Part shown: piece after piece, positions 19,102-29,208 of the stretch | Numbering within the stretch: position 1 is the stretch's first letter | Layout of the letters: every line of letters begins with the position of its first letter | From: Microvirga sp. | Lineage (GTDB): Bacteria > Pseudomonadota > Alphaproteobacteria > Rhizobiales > Beijerinckiaceae | Direction of reading: 5' to 3' | Assembly (NCBI GenBank): GCA_036263675.1 | Contig: DATAGO010000053.1 | Span: 48,902 to 112,901, forward strand | Length of the DNA: 64,000 bases | Translations under genes and position numbers: made by a program | Notes under the pieces: model-generated | What the model saw: only the letters and a program-made list of their open reading frames with translations | Databases searched by the model: none | What the model was told of the DNA's origin: nothing

Positions 19102-20394
19102 TCAGCCGAGTCCCAGGAGGCCAGCCGACAGCGCGTCGGCGAGGTCGCGGTACTCCTCGAGCCAGAGCACGGCGGCCATCGCCGCCACATGCAGCACGAC
19201 GAGGCCCGCATAGGCGCCGGCGACGGCGAGCACCCCCTGCCCGTCGAGCGGCGCGGCCGCGGCCGACGGTTTCGGCATGGCGCTCCAGGCGAGCGCGCCG
19301 AGGACGAAGAACACGAGCAGCACCTTGGCATCGAGCCAGAGCGCGAGAGCCGCGCCGGCGAGGACCAGACCGCCCGAGATCGCGAACCAGGCCCGGTCGC
19401 CGAGGGGCCGGATCAGCGCCTGCGTCACGCGTCCGCCGTCGAGGGGCGGCACGGGCAGGAGGTTGAACAGGTTCGCGGCGAGCAGCACCAGGGCGGCAGC
19501 CGCGAACCAGGCGGATGCGCCGAGGCAATAGAGCCCGAGGCAGGCGAGTCCCGGCACGAACCCGAACACGGGCCCCATCAGCATGATCGTCGCCGCCTCG
19601 CCGTCCGAGCCGAAGCCCCGGCTGCCGACCGCGACTCCGCCGAAGAACGGCACGAGATACATGCGCGCGGCCGCATGCCCCTGCCGGCGCATCGCCCAGA
19701 CATGCCCGTATTCGTGGACCACGAGGCCCGCCAGCAGAGCGAGGCCGAGCGAGATGCCGAATTCCCAGCAGAGCCACGCGATCGCGCTCGCGGCGAGCGC
19801 GGCCTGGACCCGGGTCGGCCCGGAGCGCCGCGCCCGCCCGCCCGCACCGGCCGGTCCGGCGGAATCGGCGCCGTGCTGCGCAAGCTCGCCGCGGGCGATG
19901 AGGCCGAAGAACTGATTGAGCAAGGGATAGCGCAGGCGAACCCAGAAGCCGTTCAGGAGCGCGCCGCGCTCGACGGCATATTCCGAGGTGAGGACCGTGC
20001 GGCCGTCCTCCTCGGAGAGGCGGTAACGGGCGACGATGAGGTCGCCGTACGCGCTCCGGCCGCGCCAGAGATAGCGGTTGAGACCCTCGAGGGCGACGAG
20101 CGGCTCAGACCGGACGATCCGGTAGCGGATGAGGTCTCCGGTCTCGTAGGCGATCGCCATGTCGCCCTCTGCCTCGTCGACCCACTCGATCGAGCGGACG
20201 GCGGGGATCCAGATCCGCTTTCCCGGCCGGATGTCGATCAGGTCCCAGACCCGTTCCAGCGGCGCATCGAAGGTCAGGCGGCCGCGGTAGAACTGGCGCG
20301 GGCGGTTCACGTAGACCCCGTAGCCGGCCACGGCGAGGGCCGCGGCGACGAGGAGCATATCGGTGACGGGCAGCATGGCGTCGGCCTCCGGCAT
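19102..20394 (-). CDS. site-2 protease family (peptidase M50) membrane metalloprotease with an N-terminal TM helix and an SRPBCC/START-like domain
   Basis: HEYGH (HExxH) lies in a TM segment and NLFNLLPVPPLDGG is the second M50 motif. The N-terminal 150 aa (TFDAPLERVWDLIDI...YRLSEEDGRTVLTSEYAVE) look like a polyketide-cyclase/SRPBCC fold. Confidence 0.7.
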   Translation of the reverse strand: MPEADAMLPVTDMLLVAAALAVAGYGVYVNRPRQFYRGRLTFDAPLERVWDLIDIRPGKRIWIPAVRSIEWVDEAEGDMAIAYETGDLIRYRIVRSEPLVALEGLNRYLWRGRSAYGDLIVARYRLSEEDGRTVLTSEYAVERGALLNGFWVRLRYPLLNQFFGLIARGELAQHGADSAGPAGAGGRARRSGPTRVQAALAASAIAWLCWEFGISLGLALLAGLVVHEYGHVWAMRRQGHAAARMYLVPFFGGVAVGSRGFGSDGEAATIMLMGPVFGFVPGLACLGLYCLGASAWFAAAALVLLAANLFNLLPVPPLDGGRVTQALIRPLGDRAWFAISGGLVLAGAALALWLDAKVLLVFFVLGALAWSAMPKPSAAAAPLDGQGVLAVAGAYAGLVVLHVAAMAAVLWLEEYRDLADALSAGLLGLG

Positions 20395-20507
20395 CGCCTC
20401 ACTCCTACCGGAGCGATGCCGCGGGGGAGGTGCGCGGACTCACGTCACCCCCATGCGGCGGAGGTCCGCGGACCCACGTCGCCCCCTGCGGCGGCGGTGC
20501 GGGACGG

Positions 20508-21161
20508 CTAACCCGCCGTGGTCAGGACCACGTTGACGGCGAGCGCCAGGATCACGGTGTTGAAGAAGAACGACACCACGCCGTGCAGGAGCGTCGCCTT
20601 CCGCATGCGCGTATCGGTCACCTGGACGTCCGACACCTGCGCGGTCATGCCGACCACGAAGGCGTAGTAGAAGAAATCCCAGGAGCCGGGCTCCCGGGTA
20701 TGCGGGAAGTCGAGGCCGCCGGCATCGGACGCCATGGCGTCCGCGCGCCTGGAATAGAACAGATGGGCGTAGTGGAACGCCATGATGACGTGCAGGGTCG
20801 TCCACCCCAGCGGCACGGTGAGGATCGATACGGTCAGGTGGATCGCGTCGGGCTTGCCCGGGTCGTTCAGCAGCGAGACCATGCCGCCGAGGCTCGAGGC
20901 GATCGCGAGCAGCGTGAGGACGACGATGAGCCCGATCCCCTCGTCCTCCCAGGCGGCGCGGCGGCGGATATAGGCCGGCGTGATGCGATGCAGCATGACG
21001 GCGGTCGAAGCCAGGTAGGCGCCGAAGAAGACGAGACCGGCGACCGGCAGGCGCAGCGGCATGTGGAGGCGATCGAGGACCAGCCACGTGATGCCGCCGA
21101 GCAGGGCGGCGCCGTAGAACCGAACGTGTCGCCTCACATGGGCGCGGTTGCGCGACGGCAT
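20508..21161 (-). CDS. DUF1345 family membrane protein
   Basis: 217 aa with multiple TM helices. It has the characteristic LHVIMAFHYAHLFY and FDFFYYAFVVGMTAQVSDV segments. Confidence 0.7.
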   Translation of the reverse strand: MPSRNRAHVRRHVRFYGAALLGGITWLVLDRLHMPLRLPVAGLVFFGAYLASTAVMLHRITPAYIRRRAAWEDEGIGLIVVLTLLAIASSLGGMVSLLNDPGKPDAIHLTVSILTVPLGWTTLHVIMAFHYAHLFYSRRADAMASDAGGLDFPHTREPGSWDFFYYAFVVGMTAQVSDVQVTDTRMRKATLLHGVVSFFFNTVILALAVNVVLTTAG

Positions 21162-21502
21162 TCAGGTCCCTTCGCGGGCGGATGCGATGGTCCGCTTCCT
21201 GGGGAGCAGGGCGGACCATCGCGGACATCCCCGACGTCGTCCGCGACCGTAGCGCGGTTCCTCGCTCGCCGACCAGAGGGTGCGGGTCGCGCGGCCTCTG
21301 TCCCTGGTCTTCCGGACGAAGTCTCCGACCGTACGTGCCATGGGCTCCTCCGGGGCCGGGACGCGCGCCGCCGCGGCCGCGGCTGGCGGGACAACTTGCC
21401 CCGCCGCGGGCCCCTTCGAAGCGGGCCGCTCCGCCGCCCGGAACGGAGAGGAGACTTGGCGGTTGAGGTCCGGACCCGGGGACCGCACAGGGAAGGCAGA
21501 GC

Positions 21503-22099
21503 ATGTTCGATTGGATCGTCGGCTGGGTGGAGGGCGGCGGCTATGTCGCGATCGCGCTCCTGATGCTGCTCGAGAACGTGTTTCCGCCGATCCCGTCCGA
21601 GCTCATCATGCCGCTCGCCGGGTTTTCGGCCGCGAAGGGCAACCTCAACATCGTGGGCGTCATCCTGGCGGGCACCGCGGGCTCGCTCGCGGGCGCCTTC
21701 TTCTGGTACTGGATCGGCCGCGCGGTCGGCGCCGACCGCCTGAAGGCCTTCGCGCGCAACCACGGCCGGTGGCTGACCCTTCAGCCCAGCGAAATCGACA
21801 AGGCCCGTGCGGTCTTCGACCGGCACCGCGCCGTGGCCCTGTTCGTCGGCCGCCTGATCCCGACCGTGCGGACGCTGATTTCCGTGCCCGCGGGCGTGAA
21901 CCGCCTGCCCGTCGCGGTCTTCACGCTCTGGTCCCTGCTCGGCACGGCCCTTTGGACGTCCCTCCTCGCCGGCGCGGGCTACCTGCTGCAGAGCCAGTAC
22001 GAGCGCGTCTCGGAGTGGCTGAACCCGGTCTCCAACGCGGTCCTGGCCCCGCTCGTGCTCTGGTACCTCTACCGCGTCATCCGGTTCCGCGCCGATTGA
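21503..22099 (+). CDS. DedA family (SNARE-associated) membrane protein
   Basis: 198 aa. ALLMLLENVFPPIPSELIMPLAGF and VGRLIPTVRTLISVPAG are typical DedA motifs. Confidence 0.8.
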   Translation: MFDWIVGWVEGGGYVAIALLMLLENVFPPIPSELIMPLAGFSAAKGNLNIVGVILAGTAGSLAGAFFWYWIGRAVGADRLKAFARNHGRWLTLQPSEIDKARAVFDRHRAVALFVGRLIPTVRTLISVPAGVNRLPVAVFTLWSLLGTALWTSLLAGAGYLLQSQYERVSEWLNPVSNAVLAPLVLWYLYRVIRFRAD

Positions 22100-22227
22100 T
22101 CGGGGCCCCGGCCCCGCGCCGGCCGGTCGCCCCGCCGCGACCCGGAACGAAGGCGCCCCCCAGCGACTTATCAACGGCAAAGCTTGAGGCACGGGGCGCT
22201 CCGACCGGACCGCCCGGAACGGGGTTC

Positions 22228-22878
22228 ATGGCGCAGATCTTCTCACGCCGGGCCGATGCGGCGCTCCGGGTCGTGCTGGTCCTCGCGGGGCTGGCCGTCT
22301 TCGGGGCGGGCGCGCTCGCCTATGCGTGGTCGCGGTCGGGCAGCGCCTGGAACGTGGGCAAGCCGGCGGCGCAGCCGATCCCCTTCCGCCACGATCTCCA
22401 TGCCGGCACGCTGCGGCTCGATTGCCGCTACTGCCATTCGAGCGTCGAGCGCGCCGCGCATGCCGGCATGCCCTCCGCCCAGACCTGCATGACCTGCCAC
22501 TCGCAGGTCTGGGTCGGGGCGAGCACGCTCGAGCCGCTCCGGTCGAGCCTGGCGCTCGACCAGCCGATCGCCTGGACCTCCGTCCACCGGCTGCCGCCTT
22601 ACGCCTATTTCCACCACGGCATCCACGTCGCGAAGGGCGTGGCCTGCGAGACCTGCCACGGGCGCGTCGACCAGATGCCGAAGACCGTGAAGGCCGAGAC
22701 CCTGTCGATGGGGTGGTGCCTCGATTGCCATCGCGATCCGACGCCTCGCCTCCGGCCGAAGGGCGCCGTGTTCGCCTTCGGGTGGCAGCCGCACGACGGC
22801 GCCCTGCCGGCCGACCTCAAGGCCTTCTACCAGGCGGCCGCTCCGCGGCTGACGAGCTGCAGCACCTGCCACCGGTGA
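22228..22878 (+). CDS. actA: alternative complex III subunit ActA, pentahaem cytochrome c
   Basis: Start at ATG 22228 (MAQIFSRRADAALRVVLVLAGLAVF, a TM anchor). Five CxxCH motifs are present: CRYCH, CMTCH, CETCH, CLDCH and CSTCH. The upstream part of track ORF 21280-22878 overlaps dedA and is rejected. Confidence 0.85.
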   Translation: MAQIFSRRADAALRVVLVLAGLAVFGAGALAYAWSRSGSAWNVGKPAAQPIPFRHDLHAGTLRLDCRYCHSSVERAAHAGMPSAQTCMTCHSQVWVGASTLEPLRSSLALDQPIAWTSVHRLPPYAYFHHGIHVAKGVACETCHGRVDQMPKTVKAETLSMGWCLDCHRDPTPRLRPKGAVFAFGWQPHDGALPADLKAFYQAAAPRLTSCSTCHR

Positions 22879-22881
22879 GCC

Positions 22882-25776
22882 ATGGCGATCCGCATCCCGC
22901 CCTTCCTGCCGCACGACGCCCCTGACGGGCGGCGCCTGTGGCGCAGCCTGGAGGAATGGGCCGAGGCCCCGGAGGTGCGGTCCTGGCTCGAAGCGGAGTT
23001 CCCGGACCTCGCGCAAGCGGGCGTCGACCGCCGGACGTGGCTGCGCCTCATGGGCGCCTCGCTGGCGCTCGCGGGGCTGTCGGCCTGCGGCGGAGGCAGC
23101 CCTCCCGGCGATCCGCCGCTCCTGTCCCCGGTGGCGCACCGCCCGGGCCTCGTCGCGGGACAGCCTGTCCGGATCGCGACCTCGCTCGATCAGGACGGCA
23201 CCGGGTTCGGGGTGCTCGTGAAGGCGCAGGACGGGCGGCCGATCAAGGTCGAGGGCAATCCGCTTCACCCGGCGAGCCTCGGCGCCACCAGCGTGTTCGC
23301 AGAAGCCGAGATCCTCTCCCTCTACGATCCCGACCGCTCGCGCGGGCCGACCGAGAACGGGGCGGAACGGTCCTGGGAGGAATGCGAGCGCTTCCTCCGG
23401 CCCCTGCGCAACGAATTCGTGGTCCGGGAGGGGCGCGGCCTTCATGCGGTGCTGCCGCCGCTCGCCTCGCCGAGCGTGGAGCGCCTCGTCGAGGCGGCGC
23501 GCGGGCTCCTGCCGCATGCGCGCTGGTATTCGCATGCGGCGCTGGCGGAGGGCGGGCGCATCGAAGGCGCCGTCCGCGCCTTCGGGCGGCCGGTCGACCT
23601 GGTGCACGAACTCACCCGGGCGGACGTGATCGTCTGCCTCGGGGGCGACCTGTTCGCGACGGGGCCCGGGCACGTGCGCTATGCCGCCGACTACCAGGCG
23701 CGCCGGCGGGACGGGGCGCGGCCCCTGCCCCGCCTCGTGGCGGTCGAGAGCACGCCCGGCCTCACCGGGACGCGGGCGGATGCCAGAATCGCGTTGCGGC
23801 CGAGGGACTTGGAAGCGTTTGCCCGGGCGGTCCTCGCGGCCCTCGACGGGGCGGCGCCCGCGGATGCGCACCCGGAAGCCCTGCGGGTCGCCGCCGACCT
23901 GCGGCGGGCGGGGGCGAGCGGGCTCGTCGTGGTCGGGCGGGAGCAGCCGGCCGCGATCCATGCGATCGGCCACGCCGTCAACGCCCGCCTCGGGGCCTTC
24001 GGGACCACGACCCGGGCGATCGGACCGGTCGGGCCGATCCGGTCCATTCCGGACCAAAACGGTTCCATGGTGGAACTGGCCGAGACCCTCGCGGCGGGGC
24101 GCGCGGAGGCGCTCCTGATCCTCGGCGCCAACCCGGCCTACGACGCGCCCGCAGACCTCGACCTGGCGGCGCTGATCGGCCGCGTGCCGCTCTCGCTCCA
24201 TCTCGGCACCCACCGCGACGAGACCGCGCTCGCCTGCCGCTGGCACGTGCCGCAATGCCACGCGCTCGAGGCCTTCGGCGACCTGCGCGCCCACGACGGC
24301 ACGGCGGGCCTGCGTCAGCCCGCGGTGACGCGCCTCGCGCCGAGCCTCGGCCTGGAGGAGACCCTGAGCCTCCTCGTCGGCCAGGCCGCCGACGGGCGCG
24401 GGATGCTCCGGGCGACCTGGCAGGAGGTCCTCGGCGAGGATGCCGATTCGCGCCTCGCGCAGGCGCTGGAGGACGGGGTCGTCGAGGGCACCGCGTTCGA
24501 GCCCCTGCCGGTCACGCTGCGCGACGACTGGGACCGGGGCACCGCCGCCCGGCCCGCCGCCGCCCTCGACATCGTGTTCGCGCCGGACCCGTCGGTCGGC
24601 GACGGGCGCCATGCCAACAATGCCTGGCTCCAGGAACTGCCGAAGCCGCTCACCAAGCAGGTCTGGGGCAACGCCGCCCTGATCGCCCCCGAGACCGCCC
24701 GGAGCCTCAAGCTCGCGACGGGCGACGTGATCGAGATCGCCTCGGGCGGGCGGACGCTCGCGGCGCCGGTCTGGGTGCTGCCCGGCCATGCGCCCGACAC
24801 CCTCACCCTGCCGCTCGGCTACGGCCGCTGGCGCGCGGGTTCGGTCGGCAACGGCGTCGGCTTCGACGCCTACCGGCTGCGCCATGCCGCGCATCCGTGG
24901 ATCGCCGCGGGCGAGGCGCGCCCGCTCGGGCGGCGGGTGGAGCTGATCTCGACCCAGCTCCACCACGCCCTGCCGTCGCGCGACATCGTCCGCGTGGTGG
25001 CGCCGGGCGAAGGCGTGACGCCCGAGCCGGCCGCGCGCCCCTCGCTCTATCCCGAATGGCCCTATCCCGGCCCCGCCTGGGCCATGGCGATCGACCTCGA
25101 CGCCTGCATCGGCTGCAACGCCTGCGTGGTGGCCTGCCAGGCCGAGAACAACATCGCGGTCGTCGGCCCCGACCAGGCGGCGCGGGGACGCGAGATGCAC
25201 TGGCTGCGGATCGACCGCTACTACGCCGGCCCGCCGGAGGCGCCCGACACCCTGTTCCAGCCCGTGCTCTGCATGCACTGCGAGAAGGCGCCCTGCGAGG
25301 TCGTCTGCCCCGTGAACGCCACCGTGCATTCGTCGGAGGGGCTCAACGACATGGTCTACAACCGCTGCATCGGCACGCGCACCTGCTCGAACAACTGCCC
25401 CTACAAGGTGCGCCGCTTCAACTTCCTCGACACCCGCTCCACGGCGTTCGCCACGCCCGCGGACGCCTTCAACCCGCAGGTCACCGTGCGCGACCGCGGC
25501 GTGATGGAGAAATGCACCTATTGCGTCCACCGCATCTCGGCCGCGCGCGTCGAGGCGCGGATCGAGGAGCGCGGCATCCGCGACGGCGAGGTCGTGACCG
25601 CCTGCCAGCAGGCCTGCCCCACGCAGGCGATCGTGTTCGGGGACGCGAACGATGCGGACAGCGCGGTCGCCCGCCTCAAGCGCTCGCCCCGGAACTACGC
25701 GCTCCTCGGCGACCTCAACACGCAGCCGCGCACGACCTATCTCGCGCGGATCGAAGCGGACGGGGACGGAACATGA
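22882..25776 (+). CDS. actB: alternative complex III subunit ActB (molybdopterin-oxidoreductase-like domain fused to a 4Fe-4S ferredoxin domain)
   Basis: 964 aa. Tat-type leader DRRTWLRLMGASLALAGLSAC. The C-terminal domain has four Cys clusters: CIGCNACVVAC, CMHCEKAPCEVVCP, CIGTRTCSNNCP and CTYCVHRI...ACQQACP. Confidence 0.9.
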   Translation: MAIRIPPFLPHDAPDGRRLWRSLEEWAEAPEVRSWLEAEFPDLAQAGVDRRTWLRLMGASLALAGLSACGGGSPPGDPPLLSPVAHRPGLVAGQPVRIATSLDQDGTGFGVLVKAQDGRPIKVEGNPLHPASLGATSVFAEAEILSLYDPDRSRGPTENGAERSWEECERFLRPLRNEFVVREGRGLHAVLPPLASPSVERLVEAARGLLPHARWYSHAALAEGGRIEGAVRAFGRPVDLVHELTRADVIVCLGGDLFATGPGHVRYAADYQARRRDGARPLPRLVAVESTPGLTGTRADARIALRPRDLEAFARAVLAALDGAAPADAHPEALRVAADLRRAGASGLVVVGREQPAAIHAIGHAVNARLGAFGTTTRAIGPVGPIRSIPDQNGSMVELAETLAAGRAEALLILGANPAYDAPADLDLAALIGRVPLSLHLGTHRDETALACRWHVPQCHALEAFGDLRAHDGTAGLRQPAVTRLAPSLGLEETLSLLVGQAADGRGMLRATWQEVLGEDADSRLAQALEDGVVEGTAFEPLPVTLRDDWDRGTAARPAAALDIVFAPDPSVGDGRHANNAWLQELPKPLTKQVWGNAALIAPETARSLKLATGDVIEIASGGRTLAAPVWVLPGHAPDTLTLPLGYGRWRAGSVGNGVGFDAYRLRHAAHPWIAAGEARPLGRRVELISTQLHHALPSRDIVRVVAPGEGVTPEPAARPSLYPEWPYPGPAWAMAIDLDACIGCNACVVACQAENNIAVVGPDQAARGREMHWLRIDRYYAGPPEAPDTLFQPVLCMHCEKAPCEVVCPVNATVHSSEGLNDMVYNRCIGTRTCSNNCPYKVRRFNFLDTRSTAFATPADAFNPQVTVRDRGVMEKCTYCVHRISAARVEARIEERGIRDGEVVTACQQACPTQAIVFGDANDADSAVARLKRSPRNYALLGDLNTQPRTTYLARIEADGDGT

Positions 25777-25828
25777 GCCTTGTCTCGCACGACGCTTTCC
25801 GCCGAGCCGTGCCCGCAGGAGGCGCCCC

Positions 25829-27139
25829 GTGACGAGCGAGGCGCGCACCTTCACGACGCCGATCGCGGAGGCGCCGCTCGCGCGCCGCTTCGGCTGGCCG
25901 TGGCGGATCGCGCTCGCCCTCGCGCTCGGCCTCGTGGGCCTGCTCGGCCTGACGCTCGGCGCGTCGCTCTGGTGGGGCGTGGGCCTGTGGGGCATCAACA
26001 TCCCCTTCGTCTGGGGCTTCGACCTCATCAACTACGCCTGGTGGATCGGCATCGCCAACGGGGCGAGCCTGTTCGCCGCGATCCTCGTGCTGCGCCAGAA
26101 CAGCCTGCGCACCGCCGTGAACCGCTTCGCGGAAGCGGTCGCCCTCTTCGGCGTGATCTGCGCCGGCATGTTCCCGATCGTGCATCTCGGGCGGCCGTGG
26201 CTGTTCTATTGGGTCTTTCCCTACCCGGCCACCTACGAAGTCTGGCCGCAGTTCCGCAGCACGCTCACCTGGGATTTCTGGGCCATCAGCACCCACGCGG
26301 TGGTCACGACCCTGCTCTGGTATGTCGGCCTGATCCCGGACCTCGCGACCTTGCGCGACCGCGCCCGCTCGCCCCTGGCGCAGCGGCTCTACGGCCTCGG
26401 CGCGCTGGGCTGGCGCAGCTCGGTCCGCCACTGGGCCCACCATCAGGCCGCCTACCGCCTCGTCGCCGTGCTGGTGCTGCCGCTGATCCTCGTCATGCAG
26501 AGCACGGTCGCCTTCGAGTTCGCGAGCACCCTGATCCCCGACTGGCACGAGACGCGGCTGCCCCTGCATTTCGTGGCGACCGGCCTCGCGCAGGGCCTCT
26601 CGATGGTGCTCCTGATCGGCATGCTCCTGCGCTGGGGGCTGCGGCTCGAGCGCCACATCGACGACCGCGACCTCGACCTTCTCGGCAAGCTCGTGCTCGC
26701 GAGCGCGCTCGCCTCGGGCTACCTCTATGCGGACGAACTGGTGCTCGCGCTCCTCGCCGAGCCCACGGAGCGCATGGCGACCCTCAACCGGGTCATGGGC
26801 GATTATGCCGGTTCCTTCTGGGCCGCGCTCGTGTTCAGCGTCGCGATCCCGCAGCTCCTGTGGCTGAAGGCGGCCCGGCAGAGCGTCGTGGCCGGCGTGT
26901 TCGTCGGCATCGCGATCAGCGCGGGCGTGTGGTTCGACCGCTTCTCCATCGTGGTCGGCGGTTTCCAGCGCGACTACCTGCCCTCGACCTGGCGCGCCTA
27001 TGCGCCCACGCTGGTCGAGACCGGGCTCCTCGTCGGCACGATCGGCCTGTTCGCGGCCCTCGTCCTGCTCTTCGCCCGCCTGCTGCCGGTGGTCTCGATG
27101 TTCGAGTCGCGCCACGACGAGCACGAGGACCGGGCATGA
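25829..27139 (+). CDS. actC: alternative complex III subunit ActC (NrfD/PsrC-like polytopic membrane quinol-interacting subunit)
   Basis: GTG at 25829 is preceded by CAGGAGG. About 10 TM helices (WWGVGLWGINIPFVWGFDLINYAWWIGIANG). The earlier part of the track ORF overlaps the actB 3' end. Confidence 0.85.
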   Translation: MTSEARTFTTPIAEAPLARRFGWPWRIALALALGLVGLLGLTLGASLWWGVGLWGINIPFVWGFDLINYAWWIGIANGASLFAAILVLRQNSLRTAVNRFAEAVALFGVICAGMFPIVHLGRPWLFYWVFPYPATYEVWPQFRSTLTWDFWAISTHAVVTTLLWYVGLIPDLATLRDRARSPLAQRLYGLGALGWRSSVRHWAHHQAAYRLVAVLVLPLILVMQSTVAFEFASTLIPDWHETRLPLHFVATGLAQGLSMVLLIGMLLRWGLRLERHIDDRDLDLLGKLVLASALASGYLYADELVLALLAEPTERMATLNRVMGDYAGSFWAALVFSVAIPQLLWLKAARQSVVAGVFVGIAISAGVWFDRFSIVVGGFQRDYLPSTWRAYAPTLVETGLLVGTIGLFAALVLLFARLLPVVSMFESRHDEHEDRA

Positions 27140-27681
27140 GCGGCGGCGCAGCATCCCTCCCCCGGCGTCACGGCGTCATGGCGGAATTCGACCGCCCCGA
27201 AGCGCTGGCCGAGGCCGTCGAGGCCGCCCGCCGCGCGGGATATTCGCGGATCGAGGCCTTCAGCCCGTTCCCCCTGCGGGAGGTCGCGGCGGCGCTCGGC
27301 GAACGCCCGAGGGCGCTGCCCTGGATTGCGGCGCTGGCCGGGATCGCGGGCGCCGTCGTGCAATACGGCTCGCAGGTCTGGCTCAACGCGGTCGACTACC
27401 CGCTCAACGTCGGCGGGCGCCCGCTCCATTCCTGGCCGGCCTTCATCCCCGCGACCATCATCGTCGCGATCCTGTGGGCCGGCGCCGCCGCCATCCTGAC
27501 CTTCCTGTTCACCGCCGGCCTGCCGCGCCTGCACCATCCGGTCTTCGCCGTGCCGGGCTTCGAGCGTGCCTCGGAGGACCGCTTCTTCCTCATGATCGAA
27601 GCCGGGGACCCGCTGTTCGGGGAGGCGGCCGCGTTCCTGCGGGGCCTGGCACCGATCGTGGTGCGGGAGGTCGCGGAATGA
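27136..27681 (+). CDS. actD: alternative complex III subunit ActD (DUF3341)
   Basis: ATGA overlap with the actC stop. VMAEFDRPEALAEAVEAARRAGYSRIEAFSPFP is the characteristic DUF3341 N-terminus, followed by two TM helices. Confidence 0.8.
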   Translation: MSGGAASLPRRHGVMAEFDRPEALAEAVEAARRAGYSRIEAFSPFPLREVAAALGERPRALPWIAALAGIAGAVVQYGSQVWLNAVDYPLNVGGRPLHSWPAFIPATIIVAILWAGAAAILTFLFTAGLPRLHHPVFAVPGFERASEDRFFLMIEAGDPLFGEAAAFLRGLAPIVVREVAE

Positions 27682-28151
27682 GCCCCGTCCCGCGCGCCGG
27701 GCTCGCCGCCCTGCTCCTGCTCGCGGCCTGCGATTCCGGCACCGAGGATCGCCGCGACGTGAGCGCGACCCGCGCGGTCATGCGCCCGCACGTCCCGGTG
27801 CCCCCCGGCGCCGTCCCGCGCGGCGCGGGCGCGCAGGCCGCGGCGCTTGCGGCGCCGGGGCCGGAGGCGACGCCGGCGCTCGTCGCGCGGGGCCGGGAGC
27901 GGTTTCTCGCCTTCTGCTCGCCCTGCCACGGCGCCTCCGGCCGCGGCGACGGGGTCGTGACGACGCGCGGCTTCCCGCGCCCGCCTTCCTACTTCGACGA
28001 GCGCCTGAAGGCGGCGCCGCCCGACCACATCGTCGGCGTGATCACCAACGGCAAGGGCGCCATGTACCCTTACGCCGAGCGCGTCCCGCCGGAGGACCGC
28101 TGGGCCATCGCGCACTACGTCAAGGCGCTGCAGGCGGGGGTCGCGCCGTGA
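27678..28151 (+). CDS. actE: alternative complex III subunit ActE, monohaem lipoprotein cytochrome c
   Basis: ATGA overlap with actD. Lipobox LLLAAC, a single CSPCH haem motif, and a downstream Met (GKGAMYPY). Confidence 0.8.
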   Translation: MSPVPRAGLAALLLLAACDSGTEDRRDVSATRAVMRPHVPVPPGAVPRGAGAQAAALAAPGPEATPALVARGRERFLAFCSPCHGASGRGDGVVTTRGFPRPPSYFDERLKAAPPDHIVGVITNGKGAMYPYAERVPPEDRWAIAHYVKALQAGVAP

Positions 28152-29185
28152 CGCGGCATCGGCTCCGCGCCGCCGCGGCCCTGGCCGCAACCGCAATCCT
28201 CGGCCTCGTGCTCGCGCGCGGAGCGGTGCTGGAGGCCTGGTACTTCGTCTTCGTCCTCGCCTCGGGCCTCGCCGCGGGCAGCCTCGGCCTGCTGATGATC
28301 GGCCACCTCATGAGCGAGGAATGGCTCAAGCCCGTGCGCTCGGAGGCCGAGGCGGCGGCGCTGACCCTGCCGCTCGTCGCCACTATCGCCCTGCCGCTGG
28401 CGTTCGCGCTCGGCGAACTCTACCCGTGGGCGGGGAGCGCCGCGCCGCCCCTGCCGCCCGGACGGGCCGCCTTCCTGAGCGCGCCGTTCTTCCTCGCCCG
28501 CGGCGCCCTCTACCTCGCGGCCTGGACCGCGCTCGCGCTCTGGATCACCCGCACGCGGCACCCGCGCCGCACGAGCGCGATCGGGCTTGCGATCCTCGCC
28601 CCCACCGTGACTTTCGCGGCGAACGACTGGGTGCTCTCGCGCGAGCCTCTGTGGTGGTCCGGCCTCTACGGCTTCTCGTTCGCGCTGAGCCAGCTCCTCG
28701 CCGCGCTCGCGGGCGCGATCCTGATCTCGCTGCTGCGGCCGGAGCACCCCAGCGCGGTGCGCATGCAGAGCCTGGAGCGGGCGCTTCTGAGCCTCGCGCT
28801 GCTGGCTCTCTGGGCCTGGTTCGCGCCCTTCCTGATCGTCTGGCTCGGCAACCTGCCGCACGAGGCCGCCTGGTATGTGGCCCGCATGGGCCCGTGGCTG
28901 TGGCCGTTCCTCTGGGTCGCGCTGCCGGCGCTCGCGGTCGCCGTGGCGATCCTCGTGCCGCCGGGCTTCGGGCGGCGCACCATGATCGCGGGGAGCGCGC
29001 TGATCCTGCTGCACCACGGCGCCCACATGCTGTGGCTCCTCGGGCCGGCGGCGCGGCAAGGACCGGTCGGCGGCCTCGGCGCCCTCGTCGGGGTCGCACT
29101 CGCCGGCCTGTGGGCGGCCTGGTTCGTGGTGGTTCTCCGGGGGCGCCCGACCTTCGAGGAGGAGCGGGGTCGCCCGCCCGGGTGA
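28148..29185 (+). CDS. actF: alternative complex III subunit ActF (polytopic membrane protein)
   Basis: GTGA overlap with actE. 345 aa with about 8-10 TM helices, in the position that ActF takes in act operons. Confidence 0.75.
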   Translation: MTRHRLRAAAALAATAILGLVLARGAVLEAWYFVFVLASGLAAGSLGLLMIGHLMSEEWLKPVRSEAEAAALTLPLVATIALPLAFALGELYPWAGSAAPPLPPGRAAFLSAPFFLARGALYLAAWTALALWITRTRHPRRTSAIGLAILAPTVTFAANDWVLSREPLWWSGLYGFSFALSQLLAALAGAILISLLRPEHPSAVRMQSLERALLSLALLALWAWFAPFLIVWLGNLPHEAAWYVARMGPWLWPFLWVALPALAVAVAILVPPGFGRRTMIAGSALILLHHGAHMLWLLGPAARQGPVGGLGALVGVALAGLWAAWFVVVLRGRPTFEEERGRPPG

Positions 29186-29208
29186 GCGTCCGCCGCGGGA
29201 CGATCGGG

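Noticed and set aside
21280-22227. N-terminal 316-aa extension of the ActA ORF in the track
   Set aside because: It overlaps the well-supported dedA gene in another frame and has no coding character. ActA begins naturally at ATG 22228 with its TM anchor.
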